Notes: generated from the letters alone by a model not told the origin. A stretch of DNA of 64,000 nucleotides from a bacterium (GCA_965200245.1 CBDATS010000004.1:608001-672000); one strand, 5' to 3'; shown: positions 1-8,901, counted from the first letter of the stretch. Made by a program: numbers and translations.

Positions 1-351
1 ATTCCGACGACAGGTACTGTATCTTCAACTGAATCGTTTCGTTGGTTGATGGAGAGGCTCTCGGGACGGACCGTGCCCCCCATGATCGCTGTGGGTCATT
101 TTTGTCCTGCAGTATTAACTCCACGCCGCGCAGGCGGGTCGGTCGCGTTTCGCAAGAAGCGGACGCGTGGGAAGGTGTTAGATTTCCTGTGTCTCCACTC
201 TTTTCGTGCAGATTTGCCTATGAAATAGTGACGAGCAGAATCATGGATATCTGTGAGCACATGGGTGAAACCGGGAAAATACAGAAACAGGTAATGTGAG
301 CACAGGCAATTTCAAGAAAAATGATGGGGTTGCCATTGGAAACGAATATAT

Positions 352-1035
352 CTAGGTGCCAAGTCCTCGCAGTCGAAAGAAAGCGAGTGCCGTTAGGAAT
401 ATAATTCGTAAGTCCATCCAGAACGAATAATTCAGTATATAATATAAATCGTGTTCCAGCTTTATCCTGTAATCTTCAGTCTGATCTACATATCCCTGTC
501 GAATTTGCGCCCATCCAGTGATTCCTGCAGGCACGAGTTCCCGATATTTGAATTCGGGATAATATTTTTTGGCTATCTCTAGCGTTTTTATGTACTCCGC
601 TCTCGGTCCGACGATGCTGATATCTCCCTTGATGACGTTCCAGAATTGCGGAAACTCATCGAGATGATAGCGGCGCAGAAAACGCCCGTACGGGTAAATT
701 CTCAAGTCGTTTTCCTTCGTCGACATGGTTCCCTGCGGCTCGTCGGCATTTACGCGCATGGTCCTGAACTTGTAGAGCGTGAACAACCGTCCTCCTTGGG
801 TAATGCGGGTTTGTGAATAAAAAATCGGTCCTTCGCTAGAGAGTTTGATGAAAACAGCAATCAAGGTTCCGAAGGGAAAGAATATGACCAGGGCCATCAC
901 GCTAAGCCCCAAATCCAGAACACGCTTGCAAAGAAACTGACGACGGCTTAAAAACTGCCCGTCCTTCAAAGCGGACAATTTCCCGGCCCCGGGAAAAGAT
1001 TCCAACGGAACGCGACCTTCCATGAATCTCCTCAA
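352..1035 (-). CDS. Bacterial sugar transferase (priming undecaprenyl-phosphate glycosyl-1-phosphate transferase, WcaJ/WbaP C-terminal type)
   Basis: KRVLDL plus TM helix; GPIFYSQTR, LYKFRTM, LDEFPQFWNV..GDISIVGPRAE, PAGITGWAQI, DLYYI motifs. Confidence 0.93.
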   Translation of the reverse strand: MRRFMEGRVPLESFPGAGKLSALKDGQFLSRRQFLCKRVLDLGLSVMALVIFFPFGTLIAVFIKLSSEGPIFYSQTRITQGGRLFTLYKFRTMRVNADEPQGTMSTKENDLRIYPYGRFLRRYHLDEFPQFWNVIKGDISIVGPRAEYIKTLEIAKKYYPEFKYRELVPAGITGWAQIRQGYVDQTEDYRIKLEHDLYYILNYSFWMDLRIIFLTALAFFRLRGLGT

Positions 1036-1467
1036 TTCGCTTGAAGAACGCGTAGCACTTCATGCGTCCATAATATAATGCCGACCGCTTTTTTCGCTTC
1101 ACATTCGAGACGAATTTCTGGATACACGGGGAGTTGAGAAAATCAATACGAAAACACCAACTGAATTCGTCAAACCAAAATATACATTCCACCACACGAC
1201 TGAATGAGAAGATATTATCTCGGGTAACCAGAAACGGATGAGAGCAAGGAAAAACCCGGAGAAATGAACGAAGACAAATTCACAAATTTTCTCCGATCTT
1301 TAGAGAAGAAGTGAATTTCTCGCTTCGGAGCGGCGGCTCAATTTTGTACTTACACTATTCCCGTTCTAAAAACCGATGCTCGAAAAGAGACCAAAGCCCC
1401 AGTTAGACGGTTTTTCTTGTATCCGGGATGGTATTGATTTATGTCAGAACAAGTTGCTTCATGAGCC

Positions 1468-1493
1468 GGTAGTGTCTCACTTTGAAATTTTCC
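1468..1493 (+). repeat. Left terminal inverted repeat ggtagtgtctcactttgaaattttcc
   Basis: Reverse complement of 8364-8389 and of 8876-8901, one mismatch each. Confidence 0.92.
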
Positions 1494-1564
1494 AAAAATG
1501 ATTGTATTCGCGTTTTTTCAAGTAGGTTACACGTTTTATTCACTTTTCATGGGAGGGAATGAAT

Positions 1565-1726
1565 ATGGCTACCGGCCCACAGGGGCAGAAAAGGCCGGGG
1601 GATGTTGTAGGGTGTGCTGTTCGTGTGGCACAGATTGCGACCGGTGAAGTAGTGGAAACAGAAAGTCAGGAAAATGCCCGCAAGGGCGGCCATGCAAGTA
1701 TCGCTGTTTTGAGAAGAAATCCATAG
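1565..1726 (+). CDS. Small IS1-associated basic protein (MATGPQGQKRPGDVVGCAVRVAQIATGE...RKGG), C-terminally truncated
   Basis: Hand-translated 53-aa ORF with gggagg RBS; resembles the small KGG-motif ORFs that accompany this transposase group; inverted paralog at 8402-8610. Confidence 0.7.
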   Translation: MATGPQGQKRPGDVVGCAVRVAQIATGEVVETESQENARKGGHASIAVLRRNP

Positions 1727-1843
1727 TCCTTCGCAAGGTGCAGACTACCTCTGCCGTGACCTTACCTGGAATGATTTATTTACGATTTGACATGTCTGGC
1801 GGTCTGAACCGTCATACAATCCGCGGGGTGATTCTTCTTGAGA

Positions 1844-2842
1844 TCAATCTTCATACATGATCGACCAGCTTTCCCCCGGATATTTTTTCTGGGTTTCTTC
1901 CCATGTCATGAAATCACCTTTTGAATCATTTGGTGATGAGCCGAAATAACTGTAAAATCTACATCTTTCCCCCTGATTTTCGAACCCATGGCTTTTGGGA
2001 AGTTCACGTGATTCAAGAAATGCAAATTTCTTGTTTTTGATTCTGGTATAGTTTCCGTCGGCCTTATCTTTAATGAGCCTCGGGTTGAGCGTGAATTTGT
2101 TTTTGATCGGGTATTCTTTAATCTTGCCGGTCGATGGGTCGATCAGTTGCCCTTTCTTGCTTTCCAGAGGCAGGAATATGATATAGTCTTGGTCGTATCT
2201 CTTGCCATGTTTTATAAGCATGTCTCTGAGATATTCGCCATCCATGTCATTATTCGATTCATCTGCAATGAAGAGGGAATTTTCCTCAACGTCTATTCCT
2301 TCCTCTCCTTTTTTGGTTGTGCAGATTTCGTAGTTCTTTCTTGCGGCTAACTTGGCATAATATTCTTCATCGTTCTTAAAATCCCTTCTCTTGATTGCTT
2401 CACACCAACCTCCTGAAACATCAGTCACGCTAAACTTCAATTTTCTCACTGAGTCTCGCAGTTCTCTATGTCGGTTCATGTTCGTTTTGTATGAATAACG
2501 ATCTTTGAACGCGGATATCGTTCCACAGTTGTATTTTTCCCATTTTCTCTTTATCTTGGAGAAACCGCTTTCAACCAGTATCTCACCATGGGTTTCCAGT
2601 TCGATACAATCGCACCAGTGGTCTTTCGCAGGCTCTATGATTGTATCGCGGGCATTCCAGAGCCTGTCTTCGGTGATATACAGATTCGAATCATGGATCC
2701 AGTCTTCGTACATGTCCGCCATTCGCAATGCATATTCAGTAATTCTTTCCCCCCTATCGAGTTCTGGATCGGGGAACCCGACTTCATCCATGAATCGTTC
2801 CGCCATGCGTTTCTGGGTGATTTTTCTGGTTTTATGCAGCAT
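1844..2842 (-). CDS. Putative SAM lyase (T3 SAMase-like) with ~90-aa N-terminal extension
   Basis: ISAFK-x7-NMNRHR, TDVSGGWCEAI, VEENSL and YDQDYII align in order with T3 SAMase VSAFR-x7-NMSRHR, TDLTGCYREAI, TEEKTV and WEQDCVL (T3 sequence recalled from memory). Confidence 0.7.
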   Translation of the reverse strand: MLHKTRKITQKRMAERFMDEVGFPDPELDRGERITEYALRMADMYEDWIHDSNLYITEDRLWNARDTIIEPAKDHWCDCIELETHGEILVESGFSKIKRKWEKYNCGTISAFKDRYSYKTNMNRHRELRDSVRKLKFSVTDVSGGWCEAIKRRDFKNDEEYYAKLAARKNYEICTTKKGEEGIDVEENSLFIADESNNDMDGEYLRDMLIKHGKRYDQDYIIFLPLESKKGQLIDPSTGKIKEYPIKNKFTLNPRLIKDKADGNYTRIKNKKFAFLESRELPKSHGFENQGERCRFYSYFGSSPNDSKGDFMTWEETQKKYPGESWSIMYED

Positions 2843-2866
2843 CGGATTTCCTTTATTTTGCCTTCG

Positions 2867-3241
2867 TCAAAAATTCTTGATAATTCCCATTTCATTCCGT
2901 GCCCGGTTCTTCATCAAGTCGTATTTCTCTTGAGTGTCGTCATTGTACATCGCTGTCTGTATTTCACTCGCCGCATTCGGGTGAGACGTGAAACTGTATC
3001 TGAACGTTCTCGGGCCGGTGGCCTCCAGCAATAATTCCGACCGATCTTCGAGCCAGTCAAGAACAGATTCGGTTAATTCATCTTTCGTCAGCTTATCGAG
3101 TTCTATGTTCTCCTCGATGGGCAGACGATCCATGAACGAGAGTACGGCATATTCCGGGTCCAGACACTCCATGATCTCGTCTGAATTTTCATCCAGTATG
3201 TCATACAGCGTTTCAATCAGGTAGTCGAGATAATCGTCCAT
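2867..3241 (-). CDS. Acidic hypothetical protein between the R-M specificity subunit and the SAM-lyase-like gene
   Basis: 124-aa ORF, aggagg RBS, tightly packed with neighbours. Confidence 0.7.
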   Translation of the reverse strand: MDDYLDYLIETLYDILDENSDEIMECLDPEYAVLSFMDRLPIEENIELDKLTKDELTESVLDWLEDRSELLLEATGPRTFRYSFTSHPNAASEIQTAMYNDDTQEKYDLMKNRARNEMGIIKNF

Positions 3242-3257
3242 GCCTCCTATTTAGTCT

Positions 3258-4256
3258 TCATGTATCCCCGTTTCCTTCGTCCCGGAAAATTTTAAGGGGA
3301 TCACTCAAGATTCGACGACAATAGGGCAATGATCGGATAAACTCCCTCATGAATTCAAAGTCAGGGGAATCCTCTTTTGAAGGCAGCTTGATTTTCAACC
3401 TTTTCAGGCGTGTTTGACTACACTTTCTGCCGTAGTTGTATCTGAATTGTTCCATGTTCAATATGGTCACCAGAAACATGGCGATGTAACTGTCCATCCT
3501 GAATTTCGGATACAGGACTTCTACATGATCCGATGCGGAAAAGGGACGGTTTTGGTAAGTACAATAACCAATCACAGCACTCTCAACGGTCAATAGCCCC
3601 CTTCCATCCTTGTTTTCAGTATAGTAGTCATAGAATCCTCCGACTCCGTTATTTGTGTCCTGTGTTGTGATGTAGGGAAATTCACCCTCGCCCCTTTCTT
3701 CCAAATCCGCGAGCGGGGTTGTTTTTGAACCTGAAACATCAAATAGCTCCGCGATTCTGAACCATTTCCAGTCGCTTTCAAACAGATTTCTGTTTTCCAG
3801 GGAAGCAGGCTTCCCGCTAATCTCGGGTATTTCAATGCTGCCAACCCAACCAGGGATATCGTCAGGGACCAGTAAGTTGTACAGGGTTTTGTTCGCTTCT
3901 CTTCCATGAGAGGTGTAACGAAACCTGTTCCTGGCTATTGCGCAACAATAAAATACCTTTTGCCGGAAGCTCATATCCGACTTCGGGCGCAACACTTTGA
4001 TGTTTTGGGCCGTATAAAAGGGTTCTGGCTGGACAAAGGACGAAAGAAGATACGTGCCTCCGAGAGAAACTGTGATAAGTCCTTTCGGGTAAGGTTCCAG
4101 GCCCTCTATCGCACTTACCTTGCAATCAATCCCCAGGTTCTGCGATGACCTGGAGATGAAATGGGTCCCATCATCATCCAGAGACAATTTGTTCCTGTCG
4201 AGTTGATTCCCGTACTCGATATCGAAAATACATTTCAACGGAGTCAGACTAGTCAT
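3258..4256 (-). CDS. Restriction-modification specificity subunit (BcgI beta / HsdS-like, two target-recognition domains)
   Basis: Two repeated units (FISRSSQNLGI / YITTQDTNNGV; FRYTSHGR / FRYNYGRK); overlaps the stop of the methylase gene. Confidence 0.88.
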   Translation of the reverse strand: MTSLTPLKCIFDIEYGNQLDRNKLSLDDDGTHFISRSSQNLGIDCKVSAIEGLEPYPKGLITVSLGGTYLLSSFVQPEPFYTAQNIKVLRPKSDMSFRQKVFYCCAIARNRFRYTSHGREANKTLYNLLVPDDIPGWVGSIEIPEISGKPASLENRNLFESDWKWFRIAELFDVSGSKTTPLADLEERGEGEFPYITTQDTNNGVGGFYDYYTENKDGRGLLTVESAVIGYCTYQNRPFSASDHVEVLYPKFRMDSYIAMFLVTILNMEQFRYNYGRKCSQTRLKRLKIKLPSKEDSPDFEFMREFIRSLPYCRRILSDPLKIFRDEGNGDT

Positions 4257-6099
4257 ATCTCACTCGAAAGGATACGTATTCTCTAATTGCCTTTTCAAAG
4301 TCTTCCGAATCCAGTTTTGAATAATCCGTTTCCATGTATGCTTCGGCACACCACTCATCTTCTGCTTCGATAGATTGTAAAACGCTCACGCCAGCCTTGC
4401 TTTCCCGGTTGAGAAAATGTCCCAACCATGCATTTTTGATTTCATCCCACGACCCCTTGTCGATCCGACCCATATTTTTCGTTTTCTCGAAACCGTCATC
4501 TTTGAAATAGCCAAAAAATGTCTTGTATCCCTGCCGATGAGGTATCCTGGCTTCAAAAACCATAATGCAGGTAACTACTCCGACAGGGTGGAACAAATCA
4601 TTCGGCATGGAAAATGCGCCGGACAAGTTGTGGTCACGAAGCAATTCTTCGCGAATTGAGGTAACTTTTGATGTTGATTCCGTCGCACAGCTCATTTGAA
4701 CAATCGCAACACATCTTCCCCCAACTGCAAGGCACTCTAGTGCGTTTTGTATGAATCTCAATTGTCCCTCCGGACCCACATCATATGGAGGGTTCAGAAA
4801 AGATACTGTTGGCTTGAATCCCTTTAACCTGGCCTTTTCATCCCCGGAGAAAGAATCGCCTTGATATATATGGGATTTGCCATCGCCACCCATCATCATG
4901 TTCGAACACGCATACGTAAACATGTCCGGTCTTTTTTCAATTCCTACCAACTGTTCTGCCTTGATTTGTCTCTTTTTTTGTTCGTCATTGCCAGCCAGCT
5001 CGAGCATTCGCTTCATTGCAGCCAACAGGAAACCACCCGTTCCGCAACAAGAGTCGAATACGACGTCATTCACGTTAAGATGCGCTATATCGCAGAAAAA
5101 CTCCCGGATATGTTGGGGCGTGAGAACCAATCCTGTCTTCCTGTCTGTGCCGGCATATCGGATGAATTCATTGTAGAAGCGGCCAAGAACATCATGGCCT
5201 TTATCTCCCATTTCCATGAGAGGGAGGATATTCGACTCTAACTCCTGGACAATGTCTCTCAACACATAGTTGTCTTCTTCTTTGATAGCCTTTTTCTTTT
5301 TGCTCTTTTTGTCTTTGGCGATGGCGTAATTTTCGATTTTCCTGTACTCACTTGTCATCGCTCTGACGCGGCCCTGATCTATCTGATTGTCTTGTAAAAC
5401 CTGCTCTATGCTTTCCACTACTCGACGGGCAACCCTTTCGGGGCTTGGCCTCGATTGGCTCGTTCTGGCTGCTTCCTTGTAGGAGTTCCTGAACGCATCG
5501 TTTTGTAGTGCCAGCAAAATAGCACTGATCAGGGTACATCTCTCATATTCAACGATTGAATAATCATTCAACTCCTTGTTCAGAAAAATTGCTGTTTTGG
5601 TGATTTCCTCGCTTTCTATCCTTCTCGCTACGACTTCACCCCGGGACTTGTTGATGTAGGAATATACGTCAAGGAGCTTTTCATCTTCCTGATGACATGC
5701 ATCTTTGCCTTTTGTGTAGTAAAAGGATGAAATTCTGATTTGTCCTTCTTCACTTCCACTCACAGCGATTGCCAGGACGTTATATTCAGGAATCAGGAAT
5801 CTGGCATAATGCGGGATGCCATCCACAGCGTAGTCTTTTGGGTTGGACCGATCTCGGCTTTCGTGAAATTTTATATCTGCCTTGCATTCAACCAGAATAA
5901 TGTCGTCAGGCTGACTTGGAAAACTGATAATGAATTCAGGATAACCGGGCTTGCCAGTTTGGTTTTTGGATGCTTTTGACAAGCATTCTCTGGCTCGGTT
6001 GAGGGAGGTTCGCTGTTCTTCAAGTTTAATGGTTTTGAACAAAGGGTCGCGTTTGAAGTGGTCTCGTACTATGTCCTCTGTCTTCCTTTCGTTCGCCAT
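4249..6099 (-). CDS. Type IIB (BcgI alpha-like) fused endonuclease / N6-adenine methyltransferase
   Basis: N-terminal PD-(D/E)XK-like GYPEFII...VECKA; LTPQHI; motif I FDSCCGTGGF; motif IV FLNPPY; DEWCAEAYMETDYS C-terminus. Confidence 0.9.
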   Translation of the reverse strand: MANERKTEDIVRDHFKRDPLFKTIKLEEQRTSLNRARECLSKASKNQTGKPGYPEFIISFPSQPDDIILVECKADIKFHESRDRSNPKDYAVDGIPHYARFLIPEYNVLAIAVSGSEEGQIRISSFYYTKGKDACHQEDEKLLDVYSYINKSRGEVVARRIESEEITKTAIFLNKELNDYSIVEYERCTLISAILLALQNDAFRNSYKEAARTSQSRPSPERVARRVVESIEQVLQDNQIDQGRVRAMTSEYRKIENYAIAKDKKSKKKKAIKEEDNYVLRDIVQELESNILPLMEMGDKGHDVLGRFYNEFIRYAGTDRKTGLVLTPQHIREFFCDIAHLNVNDVVFDSCCGTGGFLLAAMKRMLELAGNDEQKKRQIKAEQLVGIEKRPDMFTYACSNMMMGGDGKSHIYQGDSFSGDEKARLKGFKPTVSFLNPPYDVGPEGQLRFIQNALECLAVGGRCVAIVQMSCATESTSKVTSIREELLRDHNLSGAFSMPNDLFHPVGVVTCIMVFEARIPHRQGYKTFFGYFKDDGFEKTKNMGRIDKGSWDEIKNAWLGHFLNRESKAGVSVLQSIEAEDEWCAEAYMETDYSKLDSEDFEKAIREYVSFRVRYD

Positions 6100-6135
6100 T
6101 TCAATACGCCCTTCCAGGCGTATTGAAATGGCGAA
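6092..6135. promoter_or_regulatory. Perfect 19-bp inverted repeat covering the start codon of the R-M alpha gene
   Basis: ttcgccatttcaatacgcc (6092-6110), 6-nt loop, ggcgtattgaaatggcgaa (6117-6135); ATG at 6099-6097 lies in the stem. Confidence 0.8.
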
Positions 6136-6280
6136 AAAAGGGGTTTTCTTGAAACAATCCGATGTTTTTGGGGAGGTTAGTTTACTAGCTGTGCCGCCCC
6201 CGTCAGTATACCAAGATTTTCCTTCATCATGCGATACGTCCTTTTAAGGGAACTATACCCCCCACAAAAGAAGACCGAAA

Positions 6281-6514
6281 TCACCGGTAGTCTTCAGGCC
6301 AGTCGCGTCCTGTTCTTTCGGCCTCAAGCCTGTCCCTTTCGAGGATTCCCATGAATGTTTTCTCGAATTTTTTGCGAGAAACCCCTTCCAGGCAGAATTC
6401 GATAGCTTCTTCCCGGAGTTTTTTGTCTTGCCAATTAACAAGAATGTGTCCGCGAGAATCATCAAGTTTCTTGTCTCGATAGGTTTTCTGTTTTGATTTC
6501 TTAAGGCCGACCAT
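6281..6514 (-). CDS. Small putative antitoxin-like protein lacking an HTH; paralog of 62313-62543
   Basis: Overlaps the toxin 3' end; shares LERDRLEAE-TGRDWP-DYR with 62313-62543. Confidence 0.6.
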   Translation of the reverse strand: MVGLKKSKQKTYRDKKLDDSRGHILVNWQDKKLREEAIEFCLEGVSRKKFEKTFMGILERDRLEAERTGRDWPEDYR

Positions 6515-6770
6515 CTACTTCATCCCTCCGTCTTTTGGCTTTCTCTATTTCGTTTCGTGGTATACCCCTGCGTTTCTTCACAAACGCAGAGAGAACCCAG
6601 ATAATCCTTCCTCTCACGGTAAAGAAAACGCGAACCTGCCTGGGCCGGAAATACCGGATGTCATGGTCTTCGCGAAGTATTTCGACATGGGGATATCCCA
6701 TCGCACGAACATTTCTTCTCGCCATTCTTTTCATAACGTCATATCTGCGTCGGGTGGCCTCGTCACGCAT
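6501..6770 (-). CDS. RelE/HigB (phage Gp49-like) toxin homolog
   Basis: GYPHV, RVFF, VLSAFVKKRRGIPRNEIEKAKRR resembles the Gp49-like C-terminal motif. Confidence 0.75.
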   Translation of the reverse strand: MRDEATRRRYDVMKRMARRNVRAMGYPHVEILREDHDIRYFRPRQVRVFFTVRGRIIWVLSAFVKKRRGIPRNEIEKAKRRRDEVDGRP

Positions 6771-6854
6771 GGCATTTTCTACTTCACGCGGTGCGCTTGG
6801 ATGATGCCTGAAGCTATAATTATCGTCTGATCCGGAAGCCTCCGATAACAGCTT

Positions 6855-7115
6855 TCACGTTTCCGCCCAACCCTCTACCGAGTCCTCGGCGACAGTCAAT
6901 AACCTATCATGGATGGCCTGTTCCGTCATCTCGAAGATGTCGGTGTCCACGTCCTCGTTCACGGCCCTGTAGTATCCGAGAGTCGGATCGCTGCCGAGAA
7001 CCTCGATCAGTTCCGAACGTCTCTCCGGGACATAATGCCCGACGTGTTCGCGTATCAGTCTTCGCGGATTGCGACTGTCGGCGATTTCTTCTTTCAGTTC
7101 TTCGAACGTAAGCAC
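6855..7115 (-). CDS. Acidic hypothetical protein
   Basis: 86-aa ORF, GTG start with ggagg RBS. Confidence 0.6.
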   Translation of the reverse strand: MLTFEELKEEIADSRNPRRLIREHVGHYVPERRSELIEVLGSDPTLGYYRAVNEDVDTDIFEMTEQAIHDRLLTVAEDSVEGWAET

Positions 7116-7181
7116 GTGTATTCCTCCCTGTGGAAATGTCCTGTTGTATCTATACGATTTCAGGAGGGTAGAACGGGGTTT

Positions 7182-7367
7182 AGAAAACTACTCGCGATCC
7201 ATCCACTCCGCGGCAAAGTCGAGCAGTTCATCCTCGGTCGCCCTTCGTGCCTGCGAGATGTATCTCTCGACATGTTCCATGACGGCTTTTTCCGGGTTCC
7301 GGCTTTTCTCGATTCCGGTTCAGTGATCCTCTAAATCATCGAGAATATCCTCTGTGATTCGTTTCAC
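7182..7367 (-). pseudogene. Degenerate small gene, homologous to 28970-29143
   Basis: SRNPEKAVMEHVERY...DELLDFAAEWMDRE with in-frame stops; DNA blocks gccgtcatggaacatgtcg and ggatgaactgct shared with 29045-29102. Confidence 0.5.
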
Positions 7368-7507
7368 TGAAGGTATGGTTTTTCTCCTTGTAAACAAGAG
7401 TTCCGGTATCTATTTATGCGTTCGCGAGAAGGCAATTCCGGAAAATTTCTCCCTGTTTTGGGACCTTTTTGCCTGATGGCAAGCATGATATCTCATATAT
7501 TGTGGGC

Positions 7508-8380
7508 ATGAACAAGCTGCCGACATCAAAGAGAGTTCAAATCCTCAACATGCTGGTCGAAGGGATGTCGATGCGGGCCACCTCCCGCGTGGCAGGCGTT
7601 TCCATCAACACCGCTACAAAACTCCTCATCAAGGCCGGTGAAGCCTGCGCCGAGTATCATCACAGCCATGTGCAGGAAATCCAGTCAGAGCGCGTCCAGT
7701 GCGATGAGATCTGGTCTTTCGTCTATGCCAGGCAAAAGAACGTGGCGGGTGAGCAGGCTGCATCCGAAGACTCGGGCGATGCGTGGACGTGGACGGCCAT
7801 CGATGCCGATACGAAGCTGGTTATCTCGTATCTCGCAGGCGGGCGCGACAGCGGATATGCGGCCGAGTTCATGGAAGATGTAGCCGGGAGACTGGCAAAC
7901 CGCGTCCAGATGACCACGGACGGCCACAGGGCATATCCCGAAGCGGTGGAAGATGCCTTTGGCGGCGAGACAGGCTACGCCATGCTGTTAAAGCTCTATG
8001 GCCCATCGAAAGAGGAAGGCCGCTACAGTCCTTCGGAGTGTATCGGAACGCGCACCGCCACCATTACGGGAAGGCCCGATCCCGAGGATATCTCCACCAG
8101 CCATGCAGAACGCCAGAACCTCACCATGCGGATGTGCATGCGCCGTTTCACGCGCCTTACGAATGCCTTCTCGAAGCGTCTGGAGAATCACATTCACATG
8201 CTCTCGCTTTACTTCGTGCATTACAACTTCTGCCGGATCCACAAGAGCCTGCGCGTAACTCCGGCAATGGCCGCAGGCATGGATTCGCAGCTTCGTGACA
8301 TGGAATGGATCGTTCAGCTGATCGAAGCCTGCGAACCGAAGCCCGGCCGCCGCGGGAAATACAGGAAAATTTCAAAGTAA
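7508..8380 (+). CDS. IS1-family DDE transposase
   Basis: N-terminal HTH (SMRATSRVAGVSINT), QCDEIW, TTDGH, HAERQNL, FTRLTNAFSK; stop codon lies inside the IR at 8364-8389. Confidence 0.93.
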   Translation: MNKLPTSKRVQILNMLVEGMSMRATSRVAGVSINTATKLLIKAGEACAEYHHSHVQEIQSERVQCDEIWSFVYARQKNVAGEQAASEDSGDAWTWTAIDADTKLVISYLAGGRDSGYAAEFMEDVAGRLANRVQMTTDGHRAYPEAVEDAFGGETGYAMLLKLYGPSKEEGRYSPSECIGTRTATITGRPDPEDISTSHAERQNLTMRMCMRRFTRLTNAFSKRLENHIHMLSLYFVHYNFCRIHKSLRVTPAMAAGMDSQLRDMEWIVQLIEACEPKPGRRGKYRKISK

Positions 8381-8389
8381 GACACTACC
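8364..8389 (-). repeat. Internal right inverted repeat at the transposase 3' end
   Basis: ggaaaatttcaaagtaagacactacc. Confidence 0.9.
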
Positions 8390-8401
8390 GAAATTCCGTT
8401 C

Positions 8402-8610
8402 TTATTTCCTTGCCCATCGCGCCGCCGCGCTATTCTGCGCGATTTCTTTCCTGCGTTCTGCAGTAAGGTTTCTCGCTCTTGCGTGGCCGCCCTTACGAGA
8501 TTTTCCTGACTTTATGTTTCCACTACTTCACCGGCTGCAATCTGTGCCACACGAACAGCACACCCGACGACATCTGCCGGTCTTTTCTGTCCCTGTGGGC
8601 CAGTAGTCAT
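8402..8610 (-). pseudogene. Inverted, disrupted second copy of the small IS-associated KGG protein
   Basis: MTTGPQGQKRPADVVGCAVRVAQIAAGEVVET* then frameshifted RKGGHARARNLTAERRKEIAQNSAAARWARK; high DNA similarity to 1567-1698. Confidence 0.75.
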
Positions 8611-8614
8611 AGTA

Positions 8615-8806
8615 TTATCTTCCCGTTCGTTCAATCAGGGTTCGGAGGGCAATCATGGATTCCTCATGCCTTTTCTCGAACTCGTTTGCTCTTTGCCTGG
8701 CATTCAAGTTCATCACATGGATGCCATACCATATGCCAATTAATACCCCATACGATTGGATGAGGAGCAGAATTTGAAACTAACCCATGCTATTGGAAGG
8801 GTCCAC
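8615..8806 (-). pseudogene. Small TM plus coiled-coil protein remnant, related to 29193-29490
   Basis: IGIWYGIHVMNLNARQRANEFEKRHEESMIALRTLIERT; GTG start with ggagg RBS, early in-frame TAG. Confidence 0.45.
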
Positions 8807-8875
8807 TTTTATCTCCTCCCATGACAAGTAAAAACATATGTCCTGCTTGACAAAAACGAAAGTACGATTATTTCT

Positions 8876-8901
8876 GGAAAATTTCAAAGTGAGACACTAT
8901 C
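8876..8901 (-). repeat. Outer right inverted repeat
   Basis: ggaaaatttcaaagtgagacactatc followed by catgagtc. Confidence 0.9.

Larger units (their letters stand above)
1468..8901. mobile_element. IS1-family cargo/composite transposon-like element
   Basis: 26-bp IRs at 1468-1493 and 8876-8901 (25/26 match), a third IR at 8364-8389, flanks catgagcc (1460-1467) and catgagtc (8902-8909), internal IS1-type transposase. Confidence 0.8.

Noticed and set aside
1-99. Possible start of a minus-strand glycosyltransferase (LKIQYLSSE)
   Set aside because: Too little sequence at the window edge to support it.
6840-8806. Possible stop-codon recoding in islet genes
   Set aside because: The in-frame stops include TGA, TAG and TAA and are accompanied by frameshifts, which fits decay rather than an alternative code.
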